From an uncultured Candidatus Saccharibacteria bacterium (GTDB taxonomy: Bacteria; Patescibacteriota; Minisyncoccia; Phycocordibacterales; DATDWN01), in contig CAYMJQ010000001.1 in the NCBI GenBank assembly GCA_964391455.1, positions 15,865 through 79,864 on the forward strand: 64,000 nucleotides of DNA, in the 5' to 3' direction. The translations under genes were made by a program, and so were the position numbers. The notes beneath the pieces were generated by a model. It did not search any database and was not told the DNA's origin. It saw only the letters and a program-made list of their open reading frames with translations. How positions within the stretch are numbered: position 1 is the first letter of the stretch; each line of letters opens with the position of its first letter. Below, in pieces: positions 1 to 9,585 of the stretch.

Positions 1-57
1 TATTCTTATACAAGTCAAGTGTTTTTTGATATTTTCAAATTCTTCTGTGTTTTTCAT
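1..57 (-). CDS. 5' end (first about 19 codons, MKNTEEFENIKKHLTCIRI...) of a minus-strand gene that runs out of the window
   Basis: ATG at 57-55 on the minus strand opens a frame that reaches the window edge. No homology can be assessed. Confidence 0.2.
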   Translation of the reverse strand, partial: MKNTEEFENIKKHLTCIRI

Positions 58-353
58 TTTTAGCCATATTTTTGATATTTTTTCAATTTTTTCCATACTT
101 TTGCACTTTTTTTCCACAATTTATACACTTTTTTATATTTTTTCTCATTTATTAAAAAACGTCGTGTTACTCTTTATGAGGTATGAATTAGGATTAATTT
201 AAGGCGGTTTGTAAAGTTGACATTATTTTTGATGAGCATAGTATTTCGTTTAGATTGATCCTATTTGGTATTTATACTTTTTAATAACATTAATAACTGA
301 TACTAATTTTGATGTTTTATGTGTGTGGTGTTTCAAATAAAAAAATAGAATTT

Positions 354-386
354 AAACCCAAGCTTTTTTAGTGAGAGCTTGGGTTT
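354..386. terminator. Perfect 11-bp stem hairpin (AAACCCAAGCT / AGCTTGGGTTT) in an AT-rich intergenic region, flanked by T-runs on both strands
   Basis: The inverted repeat was read directly from the sequence. It could terminate or insulate in either direction. Confidence 0.3.
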
Positions 387-554
387 GAATTTTATATTTA
401 AAATTCAAAAGGTCGGTAATCTTTTAAATTTTTTAGTTCTTTAGTCTCTTTTATGTACACTTAATGGAAATTGAGTGTAGAAAGGGGGATTAAAGAATAT
501 AGAAGATGTTTCAAATTATTATCAAGAAATATTAATTAATTAAAATTAAAAATT

Positions 555-1367
555 ATGAAAAGAATAGCAGGAAGTATCGGAATGCTTGCATTTGCTGGAG
601 CTCTTGTATGGGGCGCTACAGGTGCATTTTTCTCAGATACAGAAGTTTCAACTGGAAATACATTTACAGCTGGAGCAATAGATTTAAAAATAGATTCAAA
701 AACTTATTACAATGGTAATGAGTGTGCTTATCTTGAGGGAACAGACACACAAGAAGCAGGTTATTACTGGACAGGAAATGCTTCTTATCCAGTTCCAGGT
801 ACACCTTGTACAGGATCGTGGGAAATTAAGAATCTAGAAACTGTAGACAAATTATTTAATTTTGACGATATAAAACCAGGTGACGATGGAAAGAATGTAA
901 TATCTATCCACGTTGAGAACAATGATTCTTGGGTTTGTGCCGCTGTTACAAATCTAACAGACTATGAAAATGGCCAAACTGAGCCAGAGGCACTCGTAGA
1001 TAATACAACGGGTCCAACTCAAGGAGAGCTATCAAGTACAATGACTTGGACAGTTTGGAAGGATTATAACGGTAACGGTGTAATAGATGGTTCAGAAGTC
1101 GCATTGGCATCTGGCAACCCAGCAAACAGTGTGTGGCCTCTTTATGATTCTACAACTGGAGGAGGTCCACTACCAGCTGGAGACACAGCATACTTGTCTG
1201 TAATGTGGGAATTGCCAAGTACATCAGGTAATGAAACTCAAACAGACAGTATGGAAGCTGATTTCTCATTTGAAGTTGTACAATCAAGAAATAATGAAGA
1301 TTTCAAATGTGTTGTCCCTGAACCAGTTGTCCCTATAGAGGATGTTCAAGATGGTGGACAAGCATAA
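555..1367 (+). CDS. Secreted TasA/camelysin-like protein with a SipW-cognate class signal peptide
   Basis: The N-terminal hydrophobic segment is followed by AFFSDTEVSTGNTFTAGAIDLKIDS. This matches the (F/Y)xDxExSxGNxFTAG signature of SipW-cognate signal peptides (TasA/CalY class). Confidence 0.6.
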   Translation: MKRIAGSIGMLAFAGALVWGATGAFFSDTEVSTGNTFTAGAIDLKIDSKTYYNGNECAYLEGTDTQEAGYYWTGNASYPVPGTPCTGSWEIKNLETVDKLFNFDDIKPGDDGKNVISIHVENNDSWVCAAVTNLTDYENGQTEPEALVDNTTGPTQGELSSTMTWTVWKDYNGNGVIDGSEVALASGNPANSVWPLYDSTTGGGPLPAGDTAYLSVMWELPSTSGNETQTDSMEADFSFEVVQSRNNEDFKCVVPEPVVPIEDVQDGGQA

Positions 1368-1406
1368 TTATAAAAAATAAATTTCTATTATTAGAAAAAC
1401 AAAATT

Positions 1407-2723
1407 ATGAAAAAAATATTATTAAGTCTAGCTACCTTGATTGTCGTCGGTGGAGCTATCGCGGGAGCAACAATTGCTTTCTATAACGATGCTGAAACAT
1501 CAAGTGGCAACATATTCACAGCAGGTTCAATAGACCTAAAAGTGGATCACTTAAAGCAAACATATAATGGGATGAATTGTGAGACATGTAGCTTGGAGTT
1601 ATTTTCAAGTGATGGTTTAACTAAAGTTGCAAGCTCAAGTCCAAACGCAACAGTTCAAACAGGATTTCCATACCCAGCAGTGTTAGTATCTAATCCTCAC
1701 AACAACTGGGTTGATCATGATCCATTGAGTTACAAATGGGTATGGGCAGAATCATCAACATCAAATAATGATTCTGGGAATATAGATGTAGAGTACTCTT
1801 TTGAAAGAGACTTTTATTGGAACGGAGTTCCAGGTGATGTCATATTTAATATGGCTCTAGCATCTGATAACGGTTATGCTATCTTTGTAAACGATACATT
1901 GCTTGTTGACAATCTTGATGATGAAGTTAACTATAATGCGACAATTCAACCACTTAATGGATTGGAAAATCAATTTAAGAATGCACTTCAACTAGGAAAC
2001 AACACTCTTAGAATAATTGTTAGAAACCATGCACAACAAGGTGGTACACCAAGTTCAAATCCTGGAGGACTTCTATACTACTTAAGTATTGAAAATGAAG
2101 CATGTGAAGATGATGCGGGATTCCAAAATGCTTGTCGTCTATGGACTGAAAAAGATCTTGAACAAGGTGATACATTCTTCAATTTTGGAGATGTAAAACC
2201 AGGAGATTTTGGAACAAATGTTATCTCTTTGCACGTTTCAACAAATGATGCTTATGCATGTTTGATTGTTAACGATAAAGATGATCAAGAAAACAACATC
2301 TATGATCCAGAGAAAAAAGCAGGAGATCTTCCTAATCAAGGAAACCCTTCTGGATATGGAGAGCTATCAAATTATCTAAATGTATTTACTTGGCACGATC
2401 TAAATAACGATGGTGCTTATGACCCAAATACTGAGGATTCTTTGGGTAGTGGATCATTAGCTTCACTTACAAGCATAATGAATCTTGATGCTACAAATGG
2501 TAAATTCCTAACATCAACTACAACTAAATACATTGGTCTAGCGTGGTGTGCAGGAGATCTTACTGAAAATAATGGAGTATTTGAGTGTGACGCAAGTGGT
2601 ATGAAAAATGATGCACAATCAGATTCATTCGCAGCATCACTTACTGCATATGCAGTTCAAACAAGAAATAATGATGAATTTGAGTGTTCAACTGTTAATT
2701 TAGATGAAGAATTAAATTCATAA
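1407..2723 (+). CDS. Second, larger secreted TasA/camelysin-like paralog with a SipW-cognate signal peptide
   Basis: The N-terminus AFYNDAETSSGNIFTAGSIDLKVD carries the same motif. A downstream internal repeat (FNFGDVKPGDFGTNVISLHV) is shared with the first protein (FNFDDIKPGDDGKNVISIHV). Confidence 0.6.
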   Translation: MKKILLSLATLIVVGGAIAGATIAFYNDAETSSGNIFTAGSIDLKVDHLKQTYNGMNCETCSLELFSSDGLTKVASSSPNATVQTGFPYPAVLVSNPHNNWVDHDPLSYKWVWAESSTSNNDSGNIDVEYSFERDFYWNGVPGDVIFNMALASDNGYAIFVNDTLLVDNLDDEVNYNATIQPLNGLENQFKNALQLGNNTLRIIVRNHAQQGGTPSSNPGGLLYYLSIENEACEDDAGFQNACRLWTEKDLEQGDTFFNFGDVKPGDFGTNVISLHVSTNDAYACLIVNDKDDQENNIYDPEKKAGDLPNQGNPSGYGELSNYLNVFTWHDLNNDGAYDPNTEDSLGSGSLASLTSIMNLDATNGKFLTSTTTKYIGLAWCAGDLTENNGVFECDASGMKNDAQSDSFAASLTAYAVQTRNNDEFECSTVNLDEELNS

Positions 2724-2759
2724 AGTTAAGAGTTAAATCTAGATAAAAAATTTAGACTT

Positions 2760-2801
2760 ACCTCGTAACCTACCTGAAATATTCAGGTAGGTAATCGAGG
2801 T
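2760..2801 (+). promoter_or_regulatory. Compound nested hairpin between the second TasA-like gene and sipW: a 10-bp perfect inner stem (CCTACCTGAA/TTCAGGTAGG) nested in a 6-bp outer stem. No U-tract follows
   Basis: The inverted repeats were read directly. The structure lies in the 100-nt gap inside an apparent operon, so it may be a processing or attenuation site. Confidence 0.3.
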
Positions 2802-2824
2802 TGGTCTGAAGAATTGAAAAATAA

Positions 2825-3367
2825 ATGAAAGCTCTTCAAAAATTATTATATTGGGTTTTTCTTGGTGGGGTTATTGCTATAGCTCTGTTTCTACTTAGCA
2901 CAATCTTTCCAATACCGGGTGGATACAAAGCACTTATCGTAACCTCTGGTTCTATGGAACCAGCAATAAAAACAGGAAGTATGGTTTTGGTAAGACCAAC
3001 TGATTTGTATAAATCTGGAGACGTAATAACTTTTGGAGGAGGAACAAGCAGGATTCCTACTACTCATAGAATAATTGATGTAAGTGTAAAAAGCGGGGTT
3101 GAGTACTATAAAACCAAAGGAGATGCTAACGAAAATGTAGATAATCTAGAGGTTTCTAAAAATGATGTTCTCGGAAAAGTTATTTTGGATATACCATATG
3201 CTGGATATATTGCCGACTTTGCAAAACAACCACTAGGATTTGCTTTTTTAGTTGGTATACCAGTTTCTTACATAATTTTTGATGAAGTATCAAAAATTAT
3301 AGCTGAAGTAAAAAAACTAAGAAAGAAAAAAGAAGAAGATATAGAAAATACTGAAAACAATGGTTAA
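2825..3367 (+). CDS. sipW: Signal peptidase I, SipW/archaeal-eukaryotic type
   Basis: An N-terminal TM segment is followed by the catalytic SGSMEP motif (ALIVTSGSMEPAIKTGSMVLV) and THRII. The gene is embedded between SipW-cognate substrates, and its 3' end overlaps the next gene by 8 nt. Confidence 0.75.
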   Translation: MKALQKLLYWVFLGGVIAIALFLLSTIFPIPGGYKALIVTSGSMEPAIKTGSMVLVRPTDLYKSGDVITFGGGTSRIPTTHRIIDVSVKSGVEYYKTKGDANENVDNLEVSKNDVLGKVILDIPYAGYIADFAKQPLGFAFLVGIPVSYIIFDEVSKIIAEVKKLRKKKEEDIENTENNG

Positions 3368-5033
3368 AAAAATACCTAAAAAAAGAAAAGTTTCAAAAAG
3401 AAAAGTGAGTGTTTTTAATAAAATACTTACACAGTCTTTAATTGCAAAAACTTTTTCTCTGTTTTTGATTTTTTCTCTGTCTTTTTTAAGTTTAGCCCCT
3501 ACTACAAATGCTTATTATAATGATATAGAAAAAAGTGTTGGAAATATATGGACTGCTGGGATATTAGATTTTGTAATAAAAAAGAAATTATTTGAAGCTT
3601 CTATAGGTCCAGAGGTCTTGGCTGAAAAAACACATGTTTCTGTTATGGCTCCAACGAATGGAAGTTTGCCAATAAAGTACACACTAAATAGTTTTATTAA
3701 AAAAGAAGATGCGGGGTTATGTGGAAAGCTTTTTGTAGAAGCTAAATTAAATGGTTTAACAAAATACTCAGGTCCATTTTCAAGTCTTATAAACAGCACC
3801 ACAACAACATTTGGAACATGGGAATTTCTATTTGATATGCCACCAGAAACAGTTGCTTCTCATGGAGACATTTGTCAGGCAGAAGCAATACTTTTTGGTT
3901 GGAGAGCAGATTCAGAGACTCCAGAAGAAAGTGTATTTACAGACACAGAAAAAATATCTTTTTCTTTCAAGGCAAAAATGGTGGTGTTAAATGAAATATA
4001 TCCAAGACCAGATGGAAGTTTGCCAGAACTTAGTCAGGAGTATATAGAACTATATAACAACGGTTCTACACCGGTTGATTTGGCTGGATGGAAAATATCT
4101 GATATGGCAAGCACTTCAGAAAAGTTTTATACAATAACCTCAACACCAGGTCCAAATACAGCCATATCTGTTGGTGGTTCCACAGTTCTACCTCCTTTAG
4201 GTTTTCTTGTGTTTAATTTGAGTGATGGTACGACTTTAAATAATTCAGGGGATACTGTTAGACTTTATGATAATAATAATGTTTTGCAAGATGCTTATAC
4301 ATACCCAGCTGTTCCAGAAGGGAAATCAATTGTAAGATTTCCTGACGGTATTGGTTTTTGGATAGATCCAGAGCCAACACCGGGAATTTCAAATGTTATT
4401 TCACTGGAAGATTTAGAAAATTCTGGTTTAGATAAGGAAACAATAAGACAAATTATTGCTTTAGCAGAGATGAAAAATGCCACAATAGTTTCTCAAGATG
4501 AAGAAAGTAATATGCAAGATATTACAAATGAGTTAATAGAAGATTTAGAATTATCTGAAATTCCAGAAGAATCAGCAACAAGTACAGAAGAAGTTATTGA
4601 AGAAGTTGTTCATGCTGAAAATATTACAGAAGAAGTTTCTCTTTCAAATGAGAATATAAAAGACACAACAGAAGAAGTTACAGAAGAAGATTCGGAAATC
4701 CTTGATGAGGTTTCTACAAGTACAGAACCATCACTTGTAGAAGGAGAGAATGAAATACCGCAGAAAATTACAGAAGAAAATGAACCTAACTTAGTAATAC
4801 TAGAAGCAGAAGAGGTTGTGGCCGAAGTTCCTCCATACAAAGAGGAGGAAATGTTTGAGATAGAAAATACTGAAAATAATATAGAAAGTACAGAAACTAA
4901 TTCTGTGATAGAGGAAATCGTAATCAAGGAGGAAGAAGTCGTATTCATACCCGAAGCACCAGAAACTTTATTCGCAGAAATTCCAGTTGTAGAAACTCCG
5001 AAAGAGGAGATATTACCGGAAATAGTTTGGTAA
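3360..5033 (+). CDS. Large secreted protein with a SipW-cognate signal motif (AYYNDIEKSVGNIWTAGILDF), a lamin-tail domain (LTD) and a long acidic Glu-rich low-complexity C-terminal tail
   Basis: The LTD signature is LNEIYPRPDGSLPELSQEYIELYNNGSTPVDLAGWKISD. The C-terminal 230 aa are dominated by E/T/S/I/V repeats. The gene is translationally coupled to sipW. Confidence 0.6.
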   Translation: MVKKIPKKRKVSKRKVSVFNKILTQSLIAKTFSLFLIFSLSFLSLAPTTNAYYNDIEKSVGNIWTAGILDFVIKKKLFEASIGPEVLAEKTHVSVMAPTNGSLPIKYTLNSFIKKEDAGLCGKLFVEAKLNGLTKYSGPFSSLINSTTTTFGTWEFLFDMPPETVASHGDICQAEAILFGWRADSETPEESVFTDTEKISFSFKAKMVVLNEIYPRPDGSLPELSQEYIELYNNGSTPVDLAGWKISDMASTSEKFYTITSTPGPNTAISVGGSTVLPPLGFLVFNLSDGTTLNNSGDTVRLYDNNNVLQDAYTYPAVPEGKSIVRFPDGIGFWIDPEPTPGISNVISLEDLENSGLDKETIRQIIALAEMKNATIVSQDEESNMQDITNELIEDLELSEIPEESATSTEEVIEEVVHAENITEEVSLSNENIKDTTEEVTEEDSEILDEVSTSTEPSLVEGENEIPQKITEENEPNLVILEAEEVVAEVPPYKEEEMFEIENTENNIESTETNSVIEEIVIKEEEVVFIPEAPETLFAEIPVVETPKEEILPEIVW

Positions 5034-5047
5034 ATAAATAGAATAAT

Positions 5048-6433
5048 ATGAAAAATTTAATTATAAAAAATAATATTTTAAGTAGAGCATTTCAATTTTT
5101 TGGAATGATGATCCTGGGAATTTTATTTTTTTCATCTTCTGCTTTGGCACAGACTCCTGTTATTGAAATAACTTTCGGTAGTAATCCACTTTTTAATGTT
5201 TCTAATTTTCTTCCCGGAGACACTGAAACAGCTTCTGTTGAAATAAAAAACAATAGTGATACAACACAATCTGCTTATGTTGAAGCGGTGACTGTTGTAG
5301 ATCCAGATAATCTCGCTAGCCAGATGCTTTTTAGAATTTTTGATGGAGTAAATCAGATTTATACTGATTCTTTTGAAGATTTTTTAAACGCAGGTCCTGT
5401 TTCTCTTAGTAACATTTCTTCTGGACAGGTAAAGGATTATGAATTTAGAGTATCTTTCATAGATTCAACAGATAATGATTATCAAGGAAAAACTCTCGGG
5501 TTTAATCTTTGTTTTGGTTTTTCTGGTGGGAATCAGTATTGTACAAACACAACCTCTGTTGGCGGTGAGCAAGGGACCGGCGGAGGGGGTGGCGGTGGTG
5601 GTAATACCACTACAACTTCCGGAGGTGGGGGAAATGGGCCACTACAACCACAATCACTTTTAATATTTAATGAAAACGTACAAGATGTCGGAGAAGGTTT
5701 TGTTCCAGAACCTACAGCTTCTGCTACTATAGTTTGGAATACAAATATTCCAGCTACTTCTCAAGTGATTTATGGACCAGACACTGGAGTTTATACTTTC
5801 GATATAAACAATCTTCCTGGATTCGGTTATCCTTTTTGGACTGAAGAAGATTTAACTAAAGTTACCAATCATTCTGTTTTAATAACTGGACTTATACCAG
5901 GTCAAACCTATGTTTATCGTGTTGTCTCAAGAGCCTCTCCACCTACAATAAGTTATGAGCATAAATTTATAGTTCCTATTTTGAAAAATAAAAACAGCAT
6001 ATCTTCGGCTGGAGGTATTGATTGGTCAAATAATAGTTACGAGACAGAGACAAATACTCAGAATTCTTATCAAAATGATGTTTCTAATAATGAAGATAAC
6101 CCTGAAGCTTCATCAAATAATGAATCAAATTTAGCAGCAGTAATCTTTTCTGATTTTGGAGGAATTGTCTCAATGTGTAGTCTGCTATCACTTTTGTTAT
6201 TAGTTTTGCTTTATTTAGTATGGAGTTTCTTTGTTAGGAAAAAATACGAGAAAAAAGGACTTCCTGAACATAAAATAAAAAGATTGTTCTACATATATTC
6301 CATTACAGTAATTTCATTTATAATCTTAATTTTGATTATAATAAGACAGTATTGTCCATTACCTGTACTTTTGGTAGCTCTCATTGTTATTTTGGTAAAA
6401 TTTTTGCTGGATAGAAATAAATTATCGTCTTAA
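5048..6433 (+). CDS. Signal-peptide protein with a Gly-rich linker, an FN3-like domain (purple-acid-phosphatase-N-like) and C-terminal transmembrane anchors
   Basis: It has an N-terminal signal peptide ending ALAQTP and a GGGGGGGGNTTTTSGGGGNG linker. The FN3-like segment is TASATIVWNTN...GLIPGQTYVYRVVS. Two or three hydrophobic helices sit at the C-terminus. Confidence 0.5.
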   Translation: MKNLIIKNNILSRAFQFFGMMILGILFFSSSALAQTPVIEITFGSNPLFNVSNFLPGDTETASVEIKNNSDTTQSAYVEAVTVVDPDNLASQMLFRIFDGVNQIYTDSFEDFLNAGPVSLSNISSGQVKDYEFRVSFIDSTDNDYQGKTLGFNLCFGFSGGNQYCTNTTSVGGEQGTGGGGGGGGNTTTTSGGGGNGPLQPQSLLIFNENVQDVGEGFVPEPTASATIVWNTNIPATSQVIYGPDTGVYTFDINNLPGFGYPFWTEEDLTKVTNHSVLITGLIPGQTYVYRVVSRASPPTISYEHKFIVPILKNKNSISSAGGIDWSNNSYETETNTQNSYQNDVSNNEDNPEASSNNESNLAAVIFSDFGGIVSMCSLLSLLLLVLLYLVWSFFVRKKYEKKGLPEHKIKRLFYIYSITVISFIILILIIIRQYCPLPVLLVALIVILVKFLLDRNKLSS

Positions 6434-6486
6434 TTCCAAATTTATTTTCAAGGTTTTGATGTAACGTGTATAATACTTATACGTCT

Positions 6487-6993
6487 ATGGATACGGATAT
6501 AAAACATAGGGAGTTTATGCTTGCATACGAAGAAAATGCGGATGCGCTCTTTAGACAATGCTTTTTTAAAGTTCATGATAGAGAATTAGCAAAAGATATC
6601 CTTCAAGAAACTTTCACTAGAACGTGGGATTATTTGGCCAAAGGCAAAGAAATATTGAATATGAAAGCGTTTTTATACAGAACAATGAACAATCTGGTTA
6701 TAGACCATTACAGAAAGAAAAAACTAGTATCTCTCGATGTCTTGTCTGAAGATGGTTTTGATCCACAAGCCGAAGAAGGGATTACAGCGAACGACAGAAT
6801 GGAAGGTGCAAGAGCATTAAAACTTTTAGAAAAAATACCTAATCCTTATAGAGATGCTGTGTATATGAGACTGGTTTCTGGCCTAGAGTTGAGAGAAATT
6901 TCAGATATAACAGGAGAAGAAGTTAATACAGTATCGGTTCATGTCCATAGGGGTTTAAATAAATTAAGAGAATTATTTAAAGAAAATGGATGA
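6487..6993 (+). CDS. ECF-type RNA polymerase sigma-70 family factor
   Basis: Region 2 (ETFTRTWDYL, NNLVIDHYRKK) and the region 4 HTH (LELREISDITGEEVNTVSVHVHRGLNKLRE) are present. The listed ORF start at 6466 lies inside a TGTATAAT -10 box, so the ATG at 6487 is the more likely start. Confidence 0.8.
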   Translation: MDTDIKHREFMLAYEENADALFRQCFFKVHDRELAKDILQETFTRTWDYLAKGKEILNMKAFLYRTMNNLVIDHYRKKKLVSLDVLSEDGFDPQAEEGITANDRMEGARALKLLEKIPNPYRDAVYMRLVSGLELREISDITGEEVNTVSVHVHRGLNKLRELFKENG

Positions 6994-7513
6994 TTTTAAA
7001 ATAACAAAAGAAGAGCAAAAGATAATAGATTCTGCAAAAGAAGTTGTTTTAAGTTTGTCTGAAAAAAATGAAATAAAAAATAAAATTATTTCATATACAA
7101 ATTCTCACCCAATTACTAATCCTAAAAAAATATCAGTATTTACTAAATTTGATTTTATCTATCACAAAAGTACATATCTAATACCGGCTTTGGTTGTAGT
7201 GCTTTTGGTGGTTGGCCTAAACTTTAATCAAAATAATACTGGACAGATTACTTCTATTGAAAATACAAGTGACAATATTTCTCCTTCGGAAACTTTTGAT
7301 ATGAGAGCTTTTTCTGTGCAGATGGTAAGTGACGAAGATGTGTCAGAACCAAAAATTGAAGATGGTGTAGTAATGATGATGGCTAGTATTGAGGCCCCTA
7401 CATCTACTGAATATGAAAGTGAAGATGAAAATGAGACAATTGGAATATTTGAAAAAATAAAAAATAGAGTTAAAGCATTTTTTAAATATTTTGTAGATAC
7501 GGAACAAAAGTAG
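6986..7513 (+). CDS. Putative anti-sigma factor (single-pass membrane protein) coupled to the ECF sigma factor
   Basis: Its start overlaps the sigma stop (ATGGATGA). It has a central TM helix (LIPALVVVLLVVGL). There is no sequence-level homology, so the call rests on context only. Confidence 0.4.
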   Translation: MDDFKITKEEQKIIDSAKEVVLSLSEKNEIKNKIISYTNSHPITNPKKISVFTKFDFIYHKSTYLIPALVVVLLVVGLNFNQNNTGQITSIENTSDNISPSETFDMRAFSVQMVSDEDVSEPKIEDGVVMMMASIEAPTSTEYESEDENETIGIFEKIKNRVKAFFKYFVDTEQK

Positions 7514-7528
7514 TGGTATAATTATAAT

Positions 7529-8068
7529 ATGAAAAGTGAAACAGCTATCTTTGCGGGGGGTTGTTTTTGGTGTACTGAAGCAGTTTTCAAGATGCTTAAA
7601 GGGGTTAATTTTGTAACTCCTGGTTATTCTGGTGGTAAAATTAAATATCCGACTTATGCTGAGGTAAGTATGGGAGATACAGGTCATGCTGAATGTATAA
7701 AAATAGAATATGATCCAGAGGAAATTAGTTATAATGACTTACTCACTGTGTTTTTTGGCTCACATGATCCAACTACATTAAATAAACAAGGCGCAGATAT
7801 TGGTACTCAATATAGATCTGTAATTTTTTATACGACGGAAGAACAGAAGAAATCTGCTACAGATTTTATAAAAAAACTTAATGAATCAAGTAAGGAAGGT
7901 AAACCTATAGTTACAGAAGTTTTACCATTTATAGCATTTTTTGAAGCAGAGAATTATCATAAAGATTATTATGAAAGAAATAAAGAAGATTCGTATTGTG
8001 AACTAGTAATCAACCCTAAACTTGAAAAGGTCAAAAAAGATTTTTTAAATTTATTAAAAAATAAATAA
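7529..8068 (+). CDS. msrA: Peptide methionine sulfoxide reductase A
   Basis: The GGCFWCTEAVF active-site motif is near the N-terminus. Confidence 0.9.
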   Translation: MKSETAIFAGGCFWCTEAVFKMLKGVNFVTPGYSGGKIKYPTYAEVSMGDTGHAECIKIEYDPEEISYNDLLTVFFGSHDPTTLNKQGADIGTQYRSVIFYTTEEQKKSATDFIKKLNESSKEGKPIVTEVLPFIAFFEAENYHKDYYERNKEDSYCELVINPKLEKVKKDFLNLLKNK

Positions 8069-8076
8069 AAAATATT

Positions 8077-8445
8077 ATGGAAATAGATGAAGAAGAATTA
8101 AAGAAAAAACTAACTCCAGAGGAGTATTTTGTTTTAAGGGAAAAAGGTACAGAAGCTCCATTTTCTGGGAAATTACTACACGATGATAGAAATGGTATGT
8201 ATAAATGTAAAGTTTGTGGACAAGATCTATTTAGTTCTGATGCAAAATTTGATTCTGGTACTGGTTGGCCAAGCTTTGATAGAGCTGTATCTGGAAGTGT
8301 CATAGAAGCAGATGATAATACTTTAGGGGTGCATCGGGTAGAAATAACTTGCAGTAAATGTGGCTCACACTTAGGTCATGTTTTCCCAGATGGACCGACA
8401 GGGACTGGAAAGAGGTATTGTTTGAACTCAGTTTGTTTGTTATAG
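8077..8445 (+). CDS. msrB: Peptide methionine sulfoxide reductase B
   Basis: Two CxxC Zn pairs (CKVCGQDLF, CSKCGSHLGHVF) and GWPSF are present. Confidence 0.9.
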   Translation: MEIDEEELKKKLTPEEYFVLREKGTEAPFSGKLLHDDRNGMYKCKVCGQDLFSSDAKFDSGTGWPSFDRAVSGSVIEADDNTLGVHRVEITCSKCGSHLGHVFPDGPTGTGKRYCLNSVCLL

Positions 8446-8521
8446 GACTTTCAAATTTGGGCAATCTCATCTTCTAAAATTTTGAATTCGTTAACTGATA
8501 AAAACTAGAAACTAGTTTCTC

Positions 8522-9571
8522 TTGTGGTATAATTTAATAATGGATAAAAATCACTTACAAACATATTTTTTCGTAAGTATTTTATTAATTGTTACTGTTT
8601 TAGTTTTTGCTTTGTTTTTGCCGTTTCTTGAAGTTTTGGTGTTGTCTACTATTTTTGGTGTTGTTCTTACCCCACTACACAGAAGAATTTTGCCATTAGT
8701 TGGAGGCAGGAGCTCTTTATCTGCTCTCATTGTACTTTTGTTTTTTGCTGTTGTAGTTATAACACCGACAATATTTTTAACAATGAAGATTTTTGATGAG
8801 TCAAGGGATGTATACAGTCAATTAACTTCTGATTCACAAGTTGATTATTTGCAAAAGATGACTCTTGCAATTGAGCAGCCGATTCAAAAAATTTACCCCT
8901 CTTTTTCGGTTGATATAGGACAATATGCAGAATTATTTGCTGATTGGATAACAGTACATTTAGGTGCTATATTGTCTAGTTTACTTAACATTTTCATTGG
9001 AATTTTTCTTATTTTTATTTCACTATATTTTTTCCTAAAAGATGGGGCAAAGTTTAAAAAAATACTAGTTAACTTAAGCCCTCTAAAAGATAAATATGAT
9101 GATGAAATTTTTATAAAAATAAAGCAGACTATAAATTCAGTGGTTCGAGGTGTTATTTTAATTGCTATTGCCCAAGGAATTCTTTCCGGTCTGGGTATGT
9201 GGGTTTTTGGTATACCTAATGCTACTTTGTGGGGGAGCATCTCGGCTGTTTCTTCTCTTGTCCCTGGCATAGGAACAGCACTAGTTTTTATACCTGTTGT
9301 TGCATACCTATTTATCTCCGGAAATATACCTTTTGCCATAGGGCTACTTTTGTGGGGGGCACTTATAGTAGGTCTTGTAGATAATGTTATGGGACCGTAT
9401 TTGTATTCAAAAGGTACGGAAGTACATCAACTTATTATGCTTTTTGCAGTTTTGGGAGGTCTGTCAGTTTTTGGGCCAATTGGTTTTATTTTCGGACCTT
9501 TAATTATTGGTTTGTTTTTTGCATTAATAGATATTTATCAGAATATTATTTTAGATAATAAGTCATTATAA
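8522..9571 (+). CDS. AI-2E family (PerM/UPF0118) transporter
   Basis: The protein is multi-TM with GLVDNVMGPYLYSKG. An extended -10 (TGGTATAAT) at 8523-8531 suggests the true start is the ATG at 8540. Confidence 0.8.
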   Translation: MWYNLIMDKNHLQTYFFVSILLIVTVLVFALFLPFLEVLVLSTIFGVVLTPLHRRILPLVGGRSSLSALIVLLFFAVVVITPTIFLTMKIFDESRDVYSQLTSDSQVDYLQKMTLAIEQPIQKIYPSFSVDIGQYAELFADWITVHLGAILSSLLNIFIGIFLIFISLYFFLKDGAKFKKILVNLSPLKDKYDDEIFIKIKQTINSVVRGVILIAIAQGILSGLGMWVFGIPNATLWGSISAVSSLVPGIGTALVFIPVVAYLFISGNIPFAIGLLLWGALIVGLVDNVMGPYLYSKGTEVHQLIMLFAVLGGLSVFGPIGFIFGPLIIGLFFALIDIYQNIILDNKSL

Positions 9572-9585
9572 ATTAATTAAAAAAT

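Noticed and set aside
3515-4948. Minus-strand ORFs inside the LTD/acidic-tail gene (3515-3802, 4295-4483, 4610-4948)
   Set aside because: They are antisense to a well-supported CDS. They have low-complexity Ser/Ile-rich translations that mirror the Glu-rich sense strand. They lack any SD.
8031-8303. Minus-strand 90-aa ORF overlapping msrB
   Set aside because: It is antisense to a CDS with clear MsrB motifs and has no RBS.
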